A stretch of DNA of 63,553 bases, filler included, from Sphacelaria rigidula (taxonomy: Eukaryota): assembly GCA_964200075.2 (NCBI GenBank). It is 8 parts of 8 records of this genome, joined end to end, with 100 filler letters (N's around TTAATTAATTAA, not from the genome) between each part and the next. Parts side by side here need not be neighbours in the genome. Positions count along the whole stretch, not along the records: positions 55,698 to 63,553 come from CAXNAA020013214.1; 7 more parts are not named here. One strand, 5' to 3'. Under the pieces are notes generated by a model. The model was given only the letters and a program-made list of their open reading frames with translations, was not told where the DNA came from and made no database searches. Made by a program: the position numbers and the translations under genes. Of the stretch, positions 61,851 through 63,553 are shown piece after piece (position 1 is the stretch's first letter; the number at the start of each line of letters is the position of its first letter).

Positions 61851-63553
61851 ATATTATACGAAGGAGAGAGTAGGAGACCGTTCTGTGCTGCATTACAGGA
61901 GCGAGCAGCAGTTTGTATTTTCCTTATTTTTTTTATGGTGATGAGCAGTAGTTCAGTACTGTCTCTTTTTTTCCATTCGAACAGCTGTTCAGCATTCCTT
62001 TTTCAACTCTCTTCGCGTTTGTTTTCACTCTTGTTTTCCCGTTGGTCATGAGCTCAGTTACATATCTTGTTATCGTTTCCGGCTTTATTTCCTCACTCTA
62101 TAACGATTGATCTTGATTTTGTTTTGAGGACATGGTCTGCCTTCTTGATTTTTTTGCCTCGTTTTTTCGGATCAGAACCGTCCCCTTAGGTCATCATCTT
62201 TTTGTCTCCGTTCGGTTTTCTGGTCTGGATTCCATTCTTTTTTCCTCTTCCCCTTTGGTTTCTCTTGATTTCGTAGGACCTGATCCCATGTCTCGTGTCA
62301 GTCCTTTTTTATTTTTTATTTGTTTTCATGTTTCATGAGTTGTTTTTTCGTTTCATGGACCTGGTATGTCCTTTCTAGTTTTCCTTCATGTTTCAGTTTC
62401 CTTTTTCCCCTTCTCTTTTTTCTTGTGGGCCTGGTTTGTTCCTCCAGCACTATTTTCGGTTACTCTTTTCTTTTCACGTTTTCGCGGGGTTGATCTTATA
62501 ATGCCCTTTGTTTTGTTTTTTCCCGGTCTTGCATTTCATGGAGATTATGTCTTGGTTTTGTCAGACCTGATCGCATCCTTTGCTCCAGGTACCCGGTCCG
62601 TTCATCACGTTTCTTCGTCCTCGGAGAACGATGATCCGATTTTTGGGTGCTCCACCCCTTTCGAGTAGAGGCATTCATGTCGTCGAGTCAGCGTTATTGG
62701 CCTTATGACTATGGCGTGCATGATCATGAGTGCACCCCGGTGTCCAGTAGGCCAGTTGTTGCTGGTCGGTGAGAGAAAAGCCTACGCACTCCCATCAACC
62801 AGTAAGCGCTTTCTTGGTTTTTTTTGAGTGAGTCAGTTTTTTTTGCGAGTCCTACACTACTTAGGATTGGTGTAACCAATCAGGGTTGTCTAAGCGCCGT
62901 TACCATCGGAAAATAGTCACCGGCTATTCTCGGTGGTTACTGTTCCCAGTGTAACTAGGATCCCGGGACGACATAGCACATGCGAAAGCACTCGCTATGA
63001 TCTGAAAGGGCGTGAGAGATTTTTTCCCCACAAACGATAGGGCTTTTCCCTCCTGAATACCAAGTTTTGCCCATCTTTATGATTTCATAACGAGTTTTTC
63101 CCGCGGTCATCTCTAGCCTCGAAATTCTGTGGTTTCCTCGTCTTTGACGCAAAAGTAGGCTGACGTCATAGAAAATTGAGTGAATCACCCCCGGAGTGAA
63201 TTGAGCTGTGACTTTCCTCGTCTTACATGAGCAGCGTGCACAAAGCAAGGGAGGGCGATGTTACGGCGGATACCTGCTGTATATGTAGTATCCGCTTCGA
63301 AGTGCGCATCGCATAATGGGGGCCGTACTATACGGATACATGACGTGGGCCCCGCGCCGCGAACACTACGACTTGCTGGGAACGGTGCACAACCGGCTCC
63401 TCCTGCGAGTCATCGAATACCGCCGAGTGCGTGGCACATACCGACAGCTGTCGTATGCACAAGCTATTAAGAAGACCGGATGCCAAAGTGCCGAAGCCGT
63501 CGTCTGGCAACGACGACTGCTGTTCGCGGGAGCCCTGGCTAGACAACCGGACG

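Overview
Eukaryotic, transposon-rich DNA, most likely from a brown alga (Phaeophyceae); this is inferred from an EsV-1-7-type repeat gene, GT-AG introns and the repeat landscape. The window is not one locus. It consists of 8 unrelated contigs of 7857/7856 bp (1-7857, 7958-15814, 15915-23771, 23872-31728, 31829-39685, 39786-47641, 47742-55597, 55698-63553) joined by artificial 100-bp N44-TTAATTAATTAA-N44 spacers, so adjacency across spacers is meaningless. The only clearly intact protein gene is a ~665-aa EsV-1-7-like Cys/His tandem-repeat protein (52391-54388, minus). Mobile-element content: (1) a structurally complete but non-autonomous Ty3/Gypsy element with LTRs, a 4-bp TSD and the RT core deleted; (2) a spliced, decaying Sola1/DUF7869-like transposase gene; (3) MITEs with Sola-like, PIF-like and mariner-like hallmarks, and several long foldbacks; (4) LINE fragments plus a SINE-like element, most of which end in oligo-C rather than poly-A; (5) Gypsy/Copia/hAT relics. 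Also present are a family-B DNA polymerase relic and a 42-bp palindromic minisatellite. No rRNA, tRNA or CRISPR array was recognised. All family assignments come from motif recognition by eye, not from database searches.
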